DNA of 64,000 bases. Origin: Octopus bimaculoides. Taxonomy: Eukaryota. Both the position numbers and the translations under genes were made by a program. The DNA lies in NCBI RefSeq assembly GCF_001194135.2, contig NC_068997.1:4738936-4802935 (forward strand), written 5' to 3'. The notes beneath the pieces were generated by a model. That model did no database searches and was not told where the DNA came from. It saw nothing but the letters and a program-made list of their open reading frames with translations. This document shows positions 61,051-64,000 of the stretch, one piece after another (position 1 is the first letter of the stretch; the number at the start of each line of letters is the position of its first letter).

Positions 61051-61550
61051 TGGTTTGACTCCGGTTCAGTGTTATTCCTGGTAGGATTTATGTGGGTAGT
61101 AGGTTACTACCTGTGACCTTAGGTATCCTCAAGTTTTCAGTAATTTTTCAAGTGCTTAGAACCCTCCTGATAATCCTTGTTGTCCCTAAGAGACAAATTT
61201 TCTGTAGGAGCTCTACAGAGCATTCTATTCCGGTTTCCTTCAGCCATTTGTCTATATCTTTGTTTACTGTTCCCAACACATCAATTGTTATAGGTACGAC
61301 TTTTACAGTTCTCATACTTCAAATTCTTCCTATTTCAAATTTTAAGGGATTATATTTATTTGTTTTATTTTGTCTTCTTTCTTTTCGATCCATGATGGGT
61401 TGATTAGCAAGCAACTTCACTTTTCCTTATCTATAATCGTTATGTCTGGTCTATTATTTTCTAACTTCATCTGCATTTGAATAGGGAAGTCCCAATACGC
61501 CATATGCCCAGAAAGTCTACAAAATTTCTTAAATTGTTTTTGTATAAAGT
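61051..61550 (-). mobile_element. 3' end of R4/Dong-clade LINE: restriction-like endonuclease + 3' UTR
   Basis: WDFPIQ..KLENNRPDITIIDKEK, NKYNPLKFEIGRI, TVKVVPITIDVLGTV, LLQKICLLGTTRIIRRVLST*. ~100 nt UTR, then aataataataac. Confidence 0.85.
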
Positions 61551-62228
61551 ATGAGTGAACCTCTACATGGATGCTTGACTTGTTAGACATAGCAGCCACA
61601 CCTCTGTCAAATCACACCTTTATTGCTGAAAGAATATAAGATAGAGTATTCCTACATTCTTCTAGAAAAATGCAGGATGGTCACAGCTGGAATACTTTTG
61701 ATCATAGGTCCACTGGATCAGACCTAACCTGGAGCTAAACAACAACAACTAAATATATCTTTTAAGGTTTTATATCACTGAAGACTGGCTCTTTGGATAC
61801 ACCTGTACTATAACATCCTTTTTCCTTCTCTGGAGACTTTCCTTTAGCTAAAATAGAAAGAGAGGAGGAGTAACCCAGTTTTTGTTGGGGTTTTTTTTTT
61901 TTTTTTTTTAATGTTGACATCGCAAATGAAAGGTGTAAATCCTCACAACTGACCACATTTAATATTCTGTCTTTTTTCTTTCTTTTAGACATCATTAAGA
62001 TTAATTAACAAACAGCATTAACTCTTGTAGACAATTAACTGTAAATAGCTTTGTCTGATAACAACTAATTAATGGAGTATATTAATTTACTGTAATACAA
62101 GGAGGTAATAGGAGTGGGAGCTAGGGTTGTCTCTCTCTCTCTCTCTCACCACCACAACCACCATCATTGAACATATAAAAACCTCACAATGACAGAGAGC
62201 AACCGATTTAGTTAATACTTTCTTACAG

Positions 62229-62244
62229 ATTGACTTGTGCTGGC
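62229..62244 (+). CDS. Candidate 16-nt microexon
   Basis: ctttcttacag|ATTGACTTGTGCTGGC|gtgagt. Joined to 32607-32650 it stays in frame (MSVFADSNDVVGNSA-LTCAG). The local sequence retains CpGs. Confidence 0.3.
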
Positions 62245-63093
62245 GTGAGTATCTGCATGTAAAAGGTGTCATTGCATATGTGCATGGTATGCATGCATTC
62301 ATGTGCACCAAGCCACTATAGCGCGTGCTGTCGTCAGATGTTAAGTAATTTTTAATTACATCTGCCACGTAACATCTGTTCTTGAAATGTCAAACAAATA
62401 CAAACGTTATCATGATTAAGATCACACACAGACATGCATATGTATGCTAGCACATACACACACTCATAGCTGGCTCACACATGGATGCCAACACTTATAC
62501 ACCCATACTTACACACATCATATATATATATATACACACACACACACATACACACCTACTGGCTTAGCTATTATCTCTCTCTCTTTCTCCCCCCCCCCTC
62601 TCACACACACATACACGTGTTTGTGCGAAGAATCTTTACCGGATCTTTATGAAAATGAATGTTAATGTTTTACTGTGCTTCCTCTTTGTTGTATTGTCTA
62701 AGGGTCAATTCATCCTGATAGAGCCCTTCATGTAATGAGATGAAACCAAATTTTGTTTGGTGGGATGAGGGTGAGAAAACAAAATTCGCCTAGTCATCAT
62801 CATAATAATTATAATACAAGGCTACAAATTAGATGTAGTGTGGGATTAGTTGATTAAATCCGTCATCACATCATTGTAATCATCATCATTGTAATCATCA
62901 TCATTGTTGTTGTTGCCACTGTCATGCTCATTGTCATCCTTTTTACATCTATTTTTGCATGCTGGCATGAGTTGGCTGGAACTTTAGAAGCATTGTTTTA
63001 TGGACAGATGTTCTTCCTGATGCCAATGCTTTTAGTCACCTCATTTGACCTTGCAGGAATACAATGTGCTTATTCCGCAAACATCCCCTAGAG

Positions 63094-64000
63094 CAGGGGT
63101 CACCAAAGTTTTTCACAGTGGGCCAGATAACTGAGATTATGACGAGTGTGGACCCCATAATCATTTTGTTCCATAATGTACAATGAATACACAAAAACTA
63201 AAGACAACCAACATATTTATTTACCAAAAAGTTATCAAAGAAGGCGATGTTAGCAATAAGATAATTATATCACACCCAGTGCGCACATATTTGAATCTCA
63301 CAAACTGAGCAGCAAAAAAAGGTTGGTGAGATTTGTGAAACTGGTGTTCAGCTTTTAAGACATCGTCAATATTTGCTTTGGAATTGTTGCATCTAACCAA
63401 GAAAATTGCTTTCAAATGTTCATAAGTCAACCTCGTTTGATTTGCTGACTTCACATTCTTCATTTTTGAAACTATTTGCTCACAGACATAAGTTGTTCCA
63501 AACACTGATACTATACCAGAGACAAATTTCTTAAACTTTGAAAACTTATCAGGTAAGCAGCGATAAAACTCAACAAGTTTTCCTTCTCTATGCTTCTCTT
63601 TCAACAAGTCATTTGCTTGCAAGTCAATGAGCACCAACTGTAGTTCGACTGGCATGTCATCAAGGTTACAGTCGAAAGGATTCTGGAACAGAAGAATGTT
63701 ACTCTCAATTCTGTTGAGATCTGAAAATCTCTCCAAAACATGTTTAAGTCACAAATAATCTTCTTCAGAAACTCATGGTTGACATCTTCTGCAATTCTAG
63801 TGTGAAATTCCTTGAAACTCTGAAATCGAGAGAAGTTTTCTCCTTCCTGTTATGCTTCAAACAATGATAACTTTCTCCAAAATCCTTTGATGATTCTGTA
63901 AAGATCACAGATAAAGTTATCCTTTCCCTAAAGTTTCAAATTCAATTCATTTATGTGGGATGTGATGTCAACCAAAAAGGACAACTTTGACAGCCAGGTA
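63094..64000 (-). mobile_element. hAT (Charlie/Buster/SPIN-like, GTF2IRD2-related) transposon 3' part, extends beyond window
   Basis: LFQNPFDCNLDDMPVELQLVLIDLQANDLLKEK...SVFGTTYVCEQIVSKMKNVKS..RLTYEHL is the hAT C-terminal dimerisation region. Terminus CAGGGGTCACCAAAG at 63094 is preceded by CCCTAGAG, close to the NTCTAGAN target. Confidence 0.85.

Overview
AT-rich, microsatellite-dense eukaryotic DNA with many N gaps. The SINE/LINE repertoire and (TA)n/(CA)n density best fit an octopus (cephalopod) draft genome, which is my inference from recalled repeat families. No complete protein-coding gene is visible, and nearly all ORF-track entries are microsatellite or gap artefacts or pieces of decayed transposons. 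The window reads as large introns flanking a CpG-retaining domain (~27.8-35.8 kb). That domain holds a candidate plus-strand first exon (ATG 32607, donor 32651), a candidate minus-strand exon (30445-30487) and a CTCF-like motif, which suggests a divergent promoter. Recognisable elements: a Neptune-type Penelope-like element (RT + GIY-YIG), R4/Dong-type RT and RLE fragments, RTE LINE fragments, three Tc1/mariner relics, a hAT (Charlie/Buster-like) transposase end, hAT MITEs, Helitron 3' ends and many tRNA-derived SINEs. The most striking signal is a set of (TA)n-anchored elements, mostly fold-back, that fold as type I hammerhead ribozymes. One copy (2193-2255, minus strand) has an intact catalytic core and sits in a ~450 bp palindrome.
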